Below are positions 47,574-56,627 of a stretch of DNA of 64,000 bases, one piece after another. The stretch's first letter is position 1; each line of letters begins with the position of its first letter. The stretch is from a bacterium. Its GTDB lineage: Bacteria; Patescibacteriota; Minisyncoccia; Phycocordibacterales; CAIZIN01. The notes under the pieces are model-generated. The model was not told where the DNA came from. It searched no databases and saw only the letters and a program-made list of their open reading frames with translations. The position numbers and the translations under genes were made by a program. The stretch covers positions 2,487 to 66,486 of the forward strand of contig JBAXQO010000003.1 in the NCBI GenBank assembly GCA_037131675.1, read 5' to 3'.

Positions 47574-48752
47574 ATGGAACCACTCGCTTCAAAAATACGA
47601 CCTAAAACCCTAAAAGAATTTGTGGGGCAAGAACATTTAGTGGGTGAAGGCAAGCCTTTACGAAAGGCCTTGGAAGAAAAACACCTATTTTCATTCATTT
47701 TATGGGGCCCACCTGGTACTGGAAAAACCACCCTTGCACGCATTTATGCAAAATCTTTAGATGTGGAACTTTATGAACTTTCTGCGGTTTCGGCGGGTAA
47801 AGATGATATAAGAAAAATTATTGAAGATAGAAGCGTGCTAACTGCAAAACCAAAAGTTTTGTTTTTAGATGAAATACACCGTTTTAATAAAGCCCAGCAA
47901 GATTTTTTGTTGCCTTATGTGGAAAATGGTGTCATCACACTCATTGGTGCCACGACTGAAAATCCAAGTTTCGAGGTTATTTCCGCATTACTTTCAAGGT
48001 GTAGGGTTTTCACGCTTGCAGAACTTTCACCAGATGATATGAAAAAGATTGTAAAGCGTACGGGTGTGAAACTTGATAAAAAAGCAACAGAGTGGATTGT
48101 GGAAATGGCAGCAGGGGATGCTCGTATGATGATAACCACACTTGAAACAGCTCAAAAATTTTATGGAGAAAAAGGTGTAACAATTACAGTAGAAAATTTA
48201 AAGGATACTGTTCAGAATAGATTTTTACGATTTGATAAAAAAGGTGAAGAGCACTACAACACCATAAGTGCGTTTATAAAAAGCATGCGAGCAAGTGATC
48301 CCGATGCAGCACTTTATTATTTGGCTCGCATGATTTCGGCGGGGGAGGATCCAAAATTTATAGCCAGGAGAATGGTGATATTTGCATCTGAAGATATTGG
48401 ACTTGCACAACCAACAGCTCTTGTTGTTGCAAATGACGTTTTTAGGGCTGTTGAAATTATTGGACTTCCAGAGTGTAGAATAAATTTGGCACATGGTGTG
48501 GCCTACCTTGCACTTGCGAAAAAAGACAAAAGCGCATACGAAGCAATTGGGAAGGCGATGGAGGATGTAGAAAAATATGGAAACCTGACCATTCCAATGA
48601 AACTCCGAAATGCACCGACCAAACTAATGAAAGAAATGGGGTATGGAGAAGGGTATGAAAAATATGGCATGAAAGATTTGTTACCAGAAAAATTGAAAGG
48701 AAAGAAATATTTGAAACGTAAAATTGATATGGTTGATGAAGGTGCGAAATAA
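47574..48752 (+). CDS. rarA: Replication-associated recombination protein A (AAA+ ATPase RarA/MgsA)
   Basis: LWGPPGTGKTTLARIY Walker A; FLDEIHRFNKAQQD; C-terminal MgsA domain. Confidence 0.85.
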   Translation: MEPLASKIRPKTLKEFVGQEHLVGEGKPLRKALEEKHLFSFILWGPPGTGKTTLARIYAKSLDVELYELSAVSAGKDDIRKIIEDRSVLTAKPKVLFLDEIHRFNKAQQDFLLPYVENGVITLIGATTENPSFEVISALLSRCRVFTLAELSPDDMKKIVKRTGVKLDKKATEWIVEMAAGDARMMITTLETAQKFYGEKGVTITVENLKDTVQNRFLRFDKKGEEHYNTISAFIKSMRASDPDAALYYLARMISAGEDPKFIARRMVIFASEDIGLAQPTALVVANDVFRAVEIIGLPECRINLAHGVAYLALAKKDKSAYEAIGKAMEDVEKYGNLTIPMKLRNAPTKLMKEMGYGEGYEKYGMKDLLPEKLKGKKYLKRKIDMVDEGAK

Positions 48753-48768
48753 TGCGAATATAGAAAAA

Positions 48769-49368
48769 ATGGATGATAAAACAATAAATACATATAACCT
48801 TTTAGCAACTGATTATGACAATGAAACTATTGATTTTTGGGAAAGATTTCCACCAACAATAATCAATGAATTTGTTTCAAATACAAAAAAACTTGGGAGA
48901 GTTCTAAATGTGGGTAGCGGTCCAGGTAGAGATGGACTGATTCTGCAGAAGAATGGTCTTGACGTGACATGTCTAGATGCGTCGGAAGCGATGGTAAAAA
49001 TGTGTAAAGAAAGAGGTTTAATTTCTTTGGTTGGGGATTTTAATAAAATGCCGTTTGAAAATGAGGTGTTTGATGGTGTATGGGCATACACATCACTCCT
49101 CCATGTTCCAAAAGAAAAAATAGATATTTCTATGTCGGAAATTGTACGCGTACTTAAGAAGGGTGGGGTTCTCGGACTCGGTCTTATTGAAGGAGATTTT
49201 AATGATTATCGAGAAAGTTCAGGTGTAGGAATGCCACGATGGTTTTCTTTCTACACAAAAGAAGAAGTTGAAAAGCTCCTTCAGAAATTTGGTTTTGAGA
49301 TAGTTCATTTTGAACAGTTCAAACCTGCATCAAAAAATTACCTAAACTTTATTGCGCGACTAAAATAG
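48769..49368 (+). CDS. Class I SAM-dependent methyltransferase
   Basis: Motif I VLNVGSGPGRDG; ATG at 48769 preferred (the track start at 48724 overlaps rarA). Confidence 0.7.
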   Translation: MDDKTINTYNLLATDYDNETIDFWERFPPTIINEFVSNTKKLGRVLNVGSGPGRDGLILQKNGLDVTCLDASEAMVKMCKERGLISLVGDFNKMPFENEVFDGVWAYTSLLHVPKEKIDISMSEIVRVLKKGGVLGLGLIEGDFNDYRESSGVGMPRWFSFYTKEEVEKLLQKFGFEIVHFEQFKPASKNYLNFIARLK

Positions 49369-49391
49369 GAGGTGGTATAATACTATTCATT

Positions 49392-49742
49392 ATGATGAAC
49401 AGTAATTTATATTATCCACAGCGTTTTGACACAGGTTTTGGTCATGGATTTGGTTTTGGCCCAGGTTGGTTTTTGGCAACTGCACTTTTCGGAGGTTTGT
49501 TTATAGTAATTGTTTTAATATCTCTTGCACTTAAAGGTTGGGCTTTGTGGACTGCTGCAAAGAGAAGAGAGAAGTTTTGGTTTATTGCACTTCTTTTTAT
49601 AAACACATTGGGTATTCTTGAATTAGTTTACCTTATCTTTTTTGCAAAAGTTTTGTTTAACAAAAATTGTTGCAAACATGAGGGTTGTACATGTGGAGAT
49701 TGTGATAAATGCAAACAAACAGAAGATAAAAAAGCTGAGTAG
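49392..49742 (+). CDS. Small membrane protein with a Cys-rich C-terminus
   Basis: Two TM helices then NKNCCKHEGCTCGDCDKCKQ. Confidence 0.4.
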   Translation: MMNSNLYYPQRFDTGFGHGFGFGPGWFLATALFGGLFIVIVLISLALKGWALWTAAKRREKFWFIALLFINTLGILELVYLIFFAKVLFNKNCCKHEGCTCGDCDKCKQTEDKKAE

Positions 49743-49760
49743 ATGTTAGTATAAAAATTA

Positions 49761-49803
49761 GGAATACAAATGCGCGGCGCCTATGGCGCCGCGCATTTGT
49801 ATT
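49761..49803. terminator. 20-bp perfect GC-cored palindrome acting as a bidirectional terminator
   Basis: ggaatacaaatgcgcggcgcctatggcgccgcgcatttgtattcc. Confidence 0.7.
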
Positions 49804-49819
49804 CCCCTAAACATTTTAT

Positions 49820-50461
49820 CTAATGCGCGATAGTATAAGCAATAACGTGACGTGCTCCAGCTTTCAAAAGTTCACCACGAGCCTCTCCCAATGTTGCTCC
49901 CGTTGTCCACACGTCATCTATCAATATAATATTTCTCCCTCTAATTTTTTCTGAAAAGTCTACTTTAAATGAATTTTTTAAATTTATCAGTCTAGCGGAT
50001 TTATTTTTTGTATGAGCTTGGCTATCAGTATTTTTTGTCTTAGTGAGTATTTTATATGAAGTCTCAAAAGATTTGTTTATGTCGATTCTTTCAAGTTCAC
50101 GGACAATCCTTTCGCATTGATTGAATCCATGTTCTTTCATTCTTCTCTTTGTGGCAGGTATGGGGATCATTATTGGCTCTCGAAAATCTATCATTAAATG
50201 AATATCTCCTAAATCTTCTAAAATATGTTCATGAAGCATCTCTGCCACGGCTCTCACTAAGGTTTTATTTCCTTTGTATTTTATATCCCAAATAAGTTTT
50301 TTTGTTTTGCTATTTTTATAGTGGAAGAGTGAGAAAAAAATCGGATGCTCATTCGTGGCTTTTGGCAAATCAAGTAGCCCATCTTTTTCTTTTGTGAGAG
50401 TGTTCGAACCGAAAACTACGTCAATGACATATCCCCAGATTTTCTCCATCAACTCTTTCAT
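49820..50461 (-). CDS. comF: ComF family phosphoribosyltransferase (competence protein ComFC-like)
   Basis: C-terminal PRTase motif NIILIDDVWTTGATLGEARGELLKAGARHV; start chosen at MKELMEKIW (50461); the track ORF extends to 50590, overlapping pilM. Confidence 0.7.
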   Translation of the reverse strand: MKELMEKIWGYVIDVVFGSNTLTKEKDGLLDLPKATNEHPIFFSLFHYKNSKTKKLIWDIKYKGNKTLVRAVAEMLHEHILEDLGDIHLMIDFREPIMIPIPATKRRMKEHGFNQCERIVRELERIDINKSFETSYKILTKTKNTDSQAHTKNKSARLINLKNSFKVDFSEKIRGRNIILIDDVWTTGATLGEARGELLKAGARHVIAYTIAH

Positions 50462-50477
50462 ATATATATTATATATA

Positions 50478-50486
50478 TGATACAAT
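50478..50486 (+). promoter_or_regulatory. Extended -10 TGATACAAT upstream of pilM
   Basis: tgatacaat ~16 nt before the pilM ATG. Confidence 0.45.
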
Positions 50487-50501
50487 AAAACAATATTTTG
50501 T

Positions 50502-51644
50502 ATGTCTAATTCTTTTTCTGAAATATTCAATAATTTTTTTAACTCAAAGGAGGAGAGTGTTGTTGGTGTTGATATAGGTTCATCTTCCATTAAGATTGTC
50601 CAACTGAAAAGAAAAAGAGGTAAGGCTGTGCTTGAAACATATGGAGAGCTTGCACTAGGTCCATATGTAGGTTTTCAAGTGGGGCAGGCTACTAATCTAT
50701 CTCAAGAAAAAATAGTTGAAGCTCTTAAGGATATTATGGATCCAAAAGTTGCTAACATAACCACTAAAAATTGCGGAATAGCAATTCCAATAAAATCTAG
50801 TTTAGTATCCACAATCGAGATGCCTAATCTTTCTGAGAAGCAGCTAAACCAGATGATTCCCATCGAGGCCAGAAAATACATTCCAGTACCGATATCTGAG
50901 GTTACGCTTGACTGGTTTGTTATTCCAACCGAGGCAGATATTCCAGAAGAATCATCCGAAGATCTTCCAGACCAAAAAACTGCTGCGGTGGTGGAGAAAA
51001 AAACACATGTGTTGATTGTTGCTATTCACAACGATGTACTTACTCGTTTTTCCAACATTGTCACAAATGCACAGCTAGATGCGGGATTTTTTGAAATAGA
51101 AATGTTTAGTACTGTACGTGCAAGTTTGGATCAAGACACCAACCCTGTGCTGGTTTTAGATATGGGAGCTGCAACAACAAAACTTTATATTGTGGAAAAA
51201 GGAGTGGTTAGAAATTCCCACATCATCAGTCGTGGTTCTCAGGATATTACACTTTCCATATCTTCAGCTTTGGGTGTTCCCATGGATAGAGCAGAAAAAC
51301 TCAAACGTAATTTTGGATCAAATTTGGCAGAAGAAGACAAGCAAGTTGGTGACATTATAGGCCTCATAATTGACCCAATATTATCTGAAGTTGGTAGTGT
51401 TTTGTTGAACTATGAAAAAAAATACAATAAAAACATTTCAAAGGTACTTGTAACAGGTGGGGGAGCTGCTCTCAATGGCTTTACTGAATATGCACAAAAA
51501 AAGCTGACAACTTCTGTTGTGTGCGCTGATCCTTTTTCCAAAGTTGAGACTCCTGCGTTCTTGACTGATGTTCTAAAAAAGACAGGTGTGAGTTTTTCTG
51601 TTGCTTTAGGTGCGGCATTGCGAAGATTGCAAGAAATTTCATAG
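50502..51644 (+). CDS. pilM: Type IV pilus assembly protein PilM (actin-like)
   Basis: VVGVDIGSSSIKIVQLKRK N-terminus; ~380 aa. Confidence 0.8.
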   Translation: MSNSFSEIFNNFFNSKEESVVGVDIGSSSIKIVQLKRKRGKAVLETYGELALGPYVGFQVGQATNLSQEKIVEALKDIMDPKVANITTKNCGIAIPIKSSLVSTIEMPNLSEKQLNQMIPIEARKYIPVPISEVTLDWFVIPTEADIPEESSEDLPDQKTAAVVEKKTHVLIVAIHNDVLTRFSNIVTNAQLDAGFFEIEMFSTVRASLDQDTNPVLVLDMGAATTKLYIVEKGVVRNSHIISRGSQDITLSISSALGVPMDRAEKLKRNFGSNLAEEDKQVGDIIGLIIDPILSEVGSVLLNYEKKYNKNISKVLVTGGGAALNGFTEYAQKKLTTSVVCADPFSKVETPAFLTDVLKKTGVSFSVALGAALRRLQEIS

Positions 51645-51687
51645 CATTGTTTTTTCTTTCGTATTATAATATACACAGTTCATTTTT

Positions 51688-52329
51688 ATGGAACCAAAAT
51701 TTCAAACATCATTTATACCAAAAAAACCTATCGTGTCATCACAAGGTGTGGCGAGAGAGTCTATTAATTTTTTTATGATAATCGCTGTCGTGATTTTTCT
51801 TGGGAGTATAGTGCTTTCAGCTGCTGTGTATGGGTATAAATTTTTTCTAGATAAAAATGTTAAAGATCTTCAGTCGAGCCTAGTAACTGCTAGTGGACAA
51901 TTTGATCAAGACTTTATAAGTTCTGTAAATAGATTAAACACACGCATTGAAACTTCTAAAGACCTTTTGAATAAACATGTTTCAGCATCAACTATTTTTG
52001 GTTTCCTAGGGTCTCACACGTTGAAGACTGTCTCATATACAGACTTCACATATTCTCTGGATAATGACGGTACTATAAAAGTTGTGCTCAAGGGTGTTGC
52101 TCAAAGTTATGGCTCCATTGCTTTACAGTCAGAGGAGTTTGGTAAACAAAATCAATATATTAAAAGTCCTATATTTTCAGACTTGAATCCAGATCAAAAT
52201 GGTAATGTAGTTTTCACGCTCACAGCTCTGCTTGATAAGAACCTTATCTCTTATGTAAAAACACTTTCTCAGAATCCAACACAACAGAAAAATGTAGATG
52301 CGGGAGTAATACCAACTAATACTCAATAA
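51688..52329 (+). CDS. pilN: PilN-like pilus assembly protein
   Basis: N-terminal TM helix then a periplasmic domain; position after pilM. Confidence 0.6.
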   Translation: MEPKFQTSFIPKKPIVSSQGVARESINFFMIIAVVIFLGSIVLSAAVYGYKFFLDKNVKDLQSSLVTASGQFDQDFISSVNRLNTRIETSKDLLNKHVSASTIFGFLGSHTLKTVSYTDFTYSLDNDGTIKVVLKGVAQSYGSIALQSEEFGKQNQYIKSPIFSDLNPDQNGNVVFTLTALLDKNLISYVKTLSQNPTQQKNVDAGVIPTNTQ

Positions 52330-52330
52330 C

Positions 52331-52885
52331 ATGAAATCAATAACCCCTTTTATTTTTATTCTTGTCGCGGTTGTTCTCTTCTTTGGAGTAACAGATCCTT
52401 TATATAAACAGGTGATTACTCTGCGTGCGCAGGGGAACGAGTATAACGATGTTCTTGTTAAATCAACCCAGTTATTAGCAAAACGTAAGAGTTTGCAAGA
52501 GAAGTCTAACAGCTTTTCTCCTACAGATGTTGAGCGTCTTCGGAAACTTCTTCCAGATGGTGTGGACAACGTTAAGTTAATTATTGATATAGATGAGATT
52601 GCAAAGAGGTACGGACTTACTATAAAAAATGTGCGACTAGATGATTCCAAAACAACAAAGAGTGGAGTAAAAGATCCGGCGGCAACTATCACAGCAGGTG
52701 AATCAAAGTACGGTTCTATTCCGATGGGTTTTTCTGTTACTGCTGACTACTCAACATTTATGAATTTTTTGCAAGATCTGGAAGGGAGCTTGAGAATCGT
52801 TGATGTAACAAGTATTAGTCTTAAGCCGGGAACAAATGGTGTTTATTCATTTGATGTATCATTAAAAACTTACTGGCTTAAATAA
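52331..52885 (+). CDS. pilO: PilO-like pilus assembly protein
   Basis: N-terminal TM helix, coiled coil, then a C-terminal domain; position. Confidence 0.55.
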   Translation: MKSITPFIFILVAVVLFFGVTDPLYKQVITLRAQGNEYNDVLVKSTQLLAKRKSLQEKSNSFSPTDVERLRKLLPDGVDNVKLIIDIDEIAKRYGLTIKNVRLDDSKTTKSGVKDPAATITAGESKYGSIPMGFSVTADYSTFMNFLQDLEGSLRIVDVTSISLKPGTNGVYSFDVSLKTYWLK

Positions 52886-52886
52886 T

Positions 52887-53342
52887 ATGTCATCCCTAAT
52901 AAAAACAATCATTACAATTGCGGTCTTGGCGGGAGTTGGTTTTGTTGGATATAACTATTTATCACGAGACACTTCATCTCCTGATGTGCTTCAAGTTCAG
53001 AAAGACGATCCTTCACAAATGGGTGCTCAGGTACTTTCTGCTCTAAATCAACTCCAACAACTAAAGTTGGATGAAAGTATTTTTAGCAATCCAGCATTCA
53101 AGAGTTTGAAAGACTTTAGTCGTTCAATTCCTGCTGAACCAATTGGTCGTTCAAACCCCTTTGCTCCCATTGGCGTAGACGTTGGTTCTGTGGCTACAAA
53201 TACATTAACTGTAGGCACAGCCGTACCTCCAAATAGTACTTCATCACCCCAGAGGGAGTTATTAAAAACATCTCAGGTTTCAAAGCCAAAATTGCCTATA
53301 CCTGAAAATTTACCAGTAGGAGTACAGGTATCAAATAATTAA
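52887..53342 (+). CDS. Small membrane-anchored protein (PilP-like?) within the pilus operon
   Basis: N-terminal TM helix; Ser/Pro-rich; position between pilO and pilB. Confidence 0.4.
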   Translation: MSSLIKTIITIAVLAGVGFVGYNYLSRDTSSPDVLQVQKDDPSQMGAQVLSALNQLQQLKLDESIFSNPAFKSLKDFSRSIPAEPIGRSNPFAPIGVDVGSVATNTLTVGTAVPPNSTSSPQRELLKTSQVSKPKLPIPENLPVGVQVSNN

Positions 53343-53361
53343 GGTAGTTCACAATTTCGAT

Positions 53362-55074
53362 ATGACCTTCATTGACTTTCTTGTTGAAAAAAAAGTAATA
53401 GACAAAAATGATACAACCTTATTAAAAAATGATCTAAAGAAACTTTCTTTAGATGATGCTCTATTAAACCGTGGGCTTACCGGCAATGACATAATTGAGC
53501 TTAAGGGTGAATACTACAATATTCCTATAAGAAGCATTGAAGATGGGTCAGTTCCTTTTGATGTTTTGAAATATATACCAGAAGAATCAGCAACCCATTA
53601 TAATTTTGTTCCGATTGGCGTTCGCGACGGTTTTCTGGAGGTCGGTCTTGTTGATCCTGACAACATTGAAGCACGCGATGCTCTAAACTTCATTGCATCA
53701 AAAGTAAACATGCCATTTAAGGCATATCTAATAACGCCAGAAGATTTTAAAAGAGTTTTGGAAGTGTATAAAGGACTCTCAGGAGAAGTTACAAAGGCGC
53801 TTACCGAGCTCGATAGTGAGTTGTCAGAAGAAGAGGCTTTGTTGATGGATGAAAAAGGAACAATACAAAAATCTGTAACAGGAACAACGATTATTGAAGA
53901 TGCGCCTGTGACAAAAATTGTTGCAACCATACTAAGGTATGCTGTAGAAGGTAATGCCTCAGACGTTCATATAGAACCAATGGCGGATAAAGTTCGTGTT
54001 CGTTTCCGAATGGACGGCGAATTAGGTACAAGTTTAATTCTACCTCTTAAAGTGCTTCCTGCGGTTGCGGCTCGTATTAAAATTTTATGCAGTATGCGTC
54101 TTGATGAAAAAAGAAAACCTCAAGACGGTAGTTTTTCTGCTAAGGTTGAGGGAAGGCAAGTTGATTTTCGTGTCTCAACATTTCCAGTCGTGTATGGTGA
54201 GAAAGTCGTGATGCGTATTCTCGATAAAGAAAAAGGTGTAAAAAAACTTGAGGATTTGGGGATGACACCAGAAAACCTTGCTCTTATTAGGGAAGCAATA
54301 AAGCGACCGTTTGGTCTTATTCTCATTTCAGGTCCGACTGGTTCTGGTAAGTCAACAACTCTTTATTCCATGTTGAATGAAATCGATAAAGAAACTAACA
54401 ACGTGCTTTCTCTTGAGGATCCTGTGGAGTACAACATTCCTGGCATCAGCCAATCTCAAGTACGTCCAGAAATTGGTTACGATTTCTCGACAGGTCTTCG
54501 TACAACACTTCGACAGGACCCAGACGTGATCATGGTGGGGGAGATTCGTGATAAAGAAACAGCTCAGCTTGCTATTCAAGCTTCACTTACAGGACACCTT
54601 GTTCTCTCAACTATTCACACAAATAGTTCTACTGGTATTGTTCCTCGTCTAATAGATATGGGTGTTGATCCTTATCTTATTCCACCAACACTTATTTTAG
54701 GTATAGCTCAACGTCTCGTTAGAACACTTTGTCCTGGTGCAGGTAAGCCCTTGCCAATCAATGACAGTCTTACACTCATGCTAAATAAACAATTCGAAGA
54801 TTTACCAGAATCAAAACGTTCAAAAATTGTATTTCCAAGTGAAGTGCTTGCACTCTCACCATCACCAGATTGTCCAAGTGGAACCCGTGGACGAGAAGCT
54901 GTGATTGAAATGTTTAAGATGGATTCAGATATTGAAAAAGTGATTCTTCAAAGTCCTGTAGAATCAGAAATATATAAAGTTGTTCGCAATAAAGGAATGC
55001 TTACAATGAAAGAAGATGCAATTTTGAAGGCGTTCAATAAGAAAATTCCTTTTGAAGAAGTGAATAATTTGTAA
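53362..55074 (+). CDS. pilB: Type IV pilus assembly ATPase PilB (GspE family)
   Basis: Walker A GPTGSGKSTTLYSM; GspE N-domain; 570 aa. Confidence 0.9.
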   Translation: MTFIDFLVEKKVIDKNDTTLLKNDLKKLSLDDALLNRGLTGNDIIELKGEYYNIPIRSIEDGSVPFDVLKYIPEESATHYNFVPIGVRDGFLEVGLVDPDNIEARDALNFIASKVNMPFKAYLITPEDFKRVLEVYKGLSGEVTKALTELDSELSEEEALLMDEKGTIQKSVTGTTIIEDAPVTKIVATILRYAVEGNASDVHIEPMADKVRVRFRMDGELGTSLILPLKVLPAVAARIKILCSMRLDEKRKPQDGSFSAKVEGRQVDFRVSTFPVVYGEKVVMRILDKEKGVKKLEDLGMTPENLALIREAIKRPFGLILISGPTGSGKSTTLYSMLNEIDKETNNVLSLEDPVEYNIPGISQSQVRPEIGYDFSTGLRTTLRQDPDVIMVGEIRDKETAQLAIQASLTGHLVLSTIHTNSSTGIVPRLIDMGVDPYLIPPTLILGIAQRLVRTLCPGAGKPLPINDSLTLMLNKQFEDLPESKRSKIVFPSEVLALSPSPDCPSGTRGREAVIEMFKMDSDIEKVILQSPVESEIYKVVRNKGMLTMKEDAILKAFNKKIPFEEVNNL

Positions 55075-55089
55075 TATAATAAAATAACC

Positions 55090-55488
55090 ATGACAGATCT
55101 GAAACCAAAAGTACTTATAGTCGATGATGATAAATTTCTCATCGATATGTATGCATTAAAATTTACAAAAAAGGGTTACGAAGTAAATACTTCTTTAAAC
55201 GGAAGTGATGCACTTACCAAACTCAGAGATGGATATGTCCCAGATGTAATTGTCTGTGATATCATCATGCCGGTTATGGATGGGTTAAAGTTTTTAGAAA
55301 ATATGCGTGCAGAAAAACTCGCACCGAAGGCAGCTGTAGTCGTACTCTCAAACCAAGGTCAGCACGAAGATATAGAGAATGCTCAAGCTTTTAATATAGA
55401 TGGATACATTATTAAGGCACTTACCATTCCTTCAGAGGTTATCGACCAAGTTGATACTGTATATCGTGGTAAGGTAAATATTTCATAA
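55090..55488 (+). CDS. Stand-alone response-regulator receiver domain (PilH/CheY-like)
   Basis: VLIVDDDKFLIDMY...VIVCDIIMPVMDG...; phospho-acceptor Asp context. Confidence 0.75.
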   Translation: MTDLKPKVLIVDDDKFLIDMYALKFTKKGYEVNTSLNGSDALTKLRDGYVPDVIVCDIIMPVMDGLKFLENMRAEKLAPKAAVVVLSNQGQHEDIENAQAFNIDGYIIKALTIPSEVIDQVDTVYRGKVNIS

Positions 55489-55497
55489 TTAAAAAAC

Positions 55498-56565
55498 ATG
55501 CCAACAGACTACGCAACAAGACTCGATGATCTTTTAGAAAATGTTATTAAAGAAGGGGCATCAGATTTACATCTTTCGGTAGATAGACATCCAACTGTAC
55601 GTATATCAGGAACTCTTGTTCCTATGGTAAATCAAGAGGTGTTGACTGAAGCTGACACAGAGGGGTTTTTAAAGCAGCTTCTAACATCTGTTAATCAAAA
55701 AGAATTTGAGGAGAATAAAGAAATAGATTTTTCATATAATTTTAAAGACAAATCGCGTTTCCGTGGAAATGGTTTTTATCAAAAAGGAAATGTCGGAATA
55801 GTTTTGCGTTTAATTCCAAAAACAATTCGTACTTTAGGTGAACTAAATCTTCCTCCAATTTTAGAAACTTTCTGTCAAAAAAAACAAGGTTTCTTTTTGG
55901 TAGTGGGTCCTGTTGGTCAAGGTAAAACAACCACATTGGCTTCTATGATTGAGATGATAAATCAACAAAGAGGAGAGCATATCATCACAATTGAGGATCC
56001 AATTGAATATATGTATGAAGCAAAGCGGGCCATGATAGATCAGCGTGAAGTTCGTCTTGATACAAAATACTTTCATACCGCTCTTGTTAGTGCTCTTAGA
56101 GAAGATGTTGATGTTATTTTTGTGGGGGAGATGCGTGATTTTGATACCATATCTGCCGCTGTTACTGCTGCGGAAACTGGACATCTTGTTTTTTCAACTC
56201 TCCACACAAACAACGCAGCTCAAACAATTGACCGAATCATTGATTCGTTTCCACCAGAACAACAAGATCAGATTCGTGTGCAGCTCGCAGGTTCACTGAT
56301 CGGTATATTTTCTCAGCGACTTATCCCTCGTGTCTCTGGGGGTCTTGTTCCTGCGTATGAACTTCTCATAAATAATAATGCGGTTTCAAATCTTATTCGT
56401 GAAAAACGAACACATGAGATAAATAATGTTATTGAAACTGGTTCAGAGCAGGGGATGATTGACATGAATAGATCTATAGCAGAACTTGTTCGCAGAGGTG
56501 AGATAAGTATTGAAAATGCATACTTGCATTCAACAAATCCAAAAACACTTGAGAGGTTGATTTAG
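55498..56565 (+). CDS. pilT: Twitching-motility retraction ATPase PilT
   Basis: Walker A GPVGQGKTTTLASM; 355 aa PilT-size hexameric ATPase. Confidence 0.9.
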   Translation: MPTDYATRLDDLLENVIKEGASDLHLSVDRHPTVRISGTLVPMVNQEVLTEADTEGFLKQLLTSVNQKEFEENKEIDFSYNFKDKSRFRGNGFYQKGNVGIVLRLIPKTIRTLGELNLPPILETFCQKKQGFFLVVGPVGQGKTTTLASMIEMINQQRGEHIITIEDPIEYMYEAKRAMIDQREVRLDTKYFHTALVSALREDVDVIFVGEMRDFDTISAAVTAAETGHLVFSTLHTNNAAQTIDRIIDSFPPEQQDQIRVQLAGSLIGIFSQRLIPRVSGGLVPAYELLINNNAVSNLIREKRTHEINNVIETGSEQGMIDMNRSIAELVRRGEISIENAYLHSTNPKTLERLI

Positions 56566-56579
56566 TTTTAATTTTATAA

Positions 56580-56608
56580 GGGCCAGGTGCGCTTTGCGCA
56601 CCTGGCCC
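56580..56608. promoter_or_regulatory. GC-rich perfect hairpin between pilT and pilC
   Basis: gggccaggtgcgctttgcgcacctggccc. Confidence 0.6.
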
Positions 56609-56627
56609 TTTGAGTTATAATGTACAC

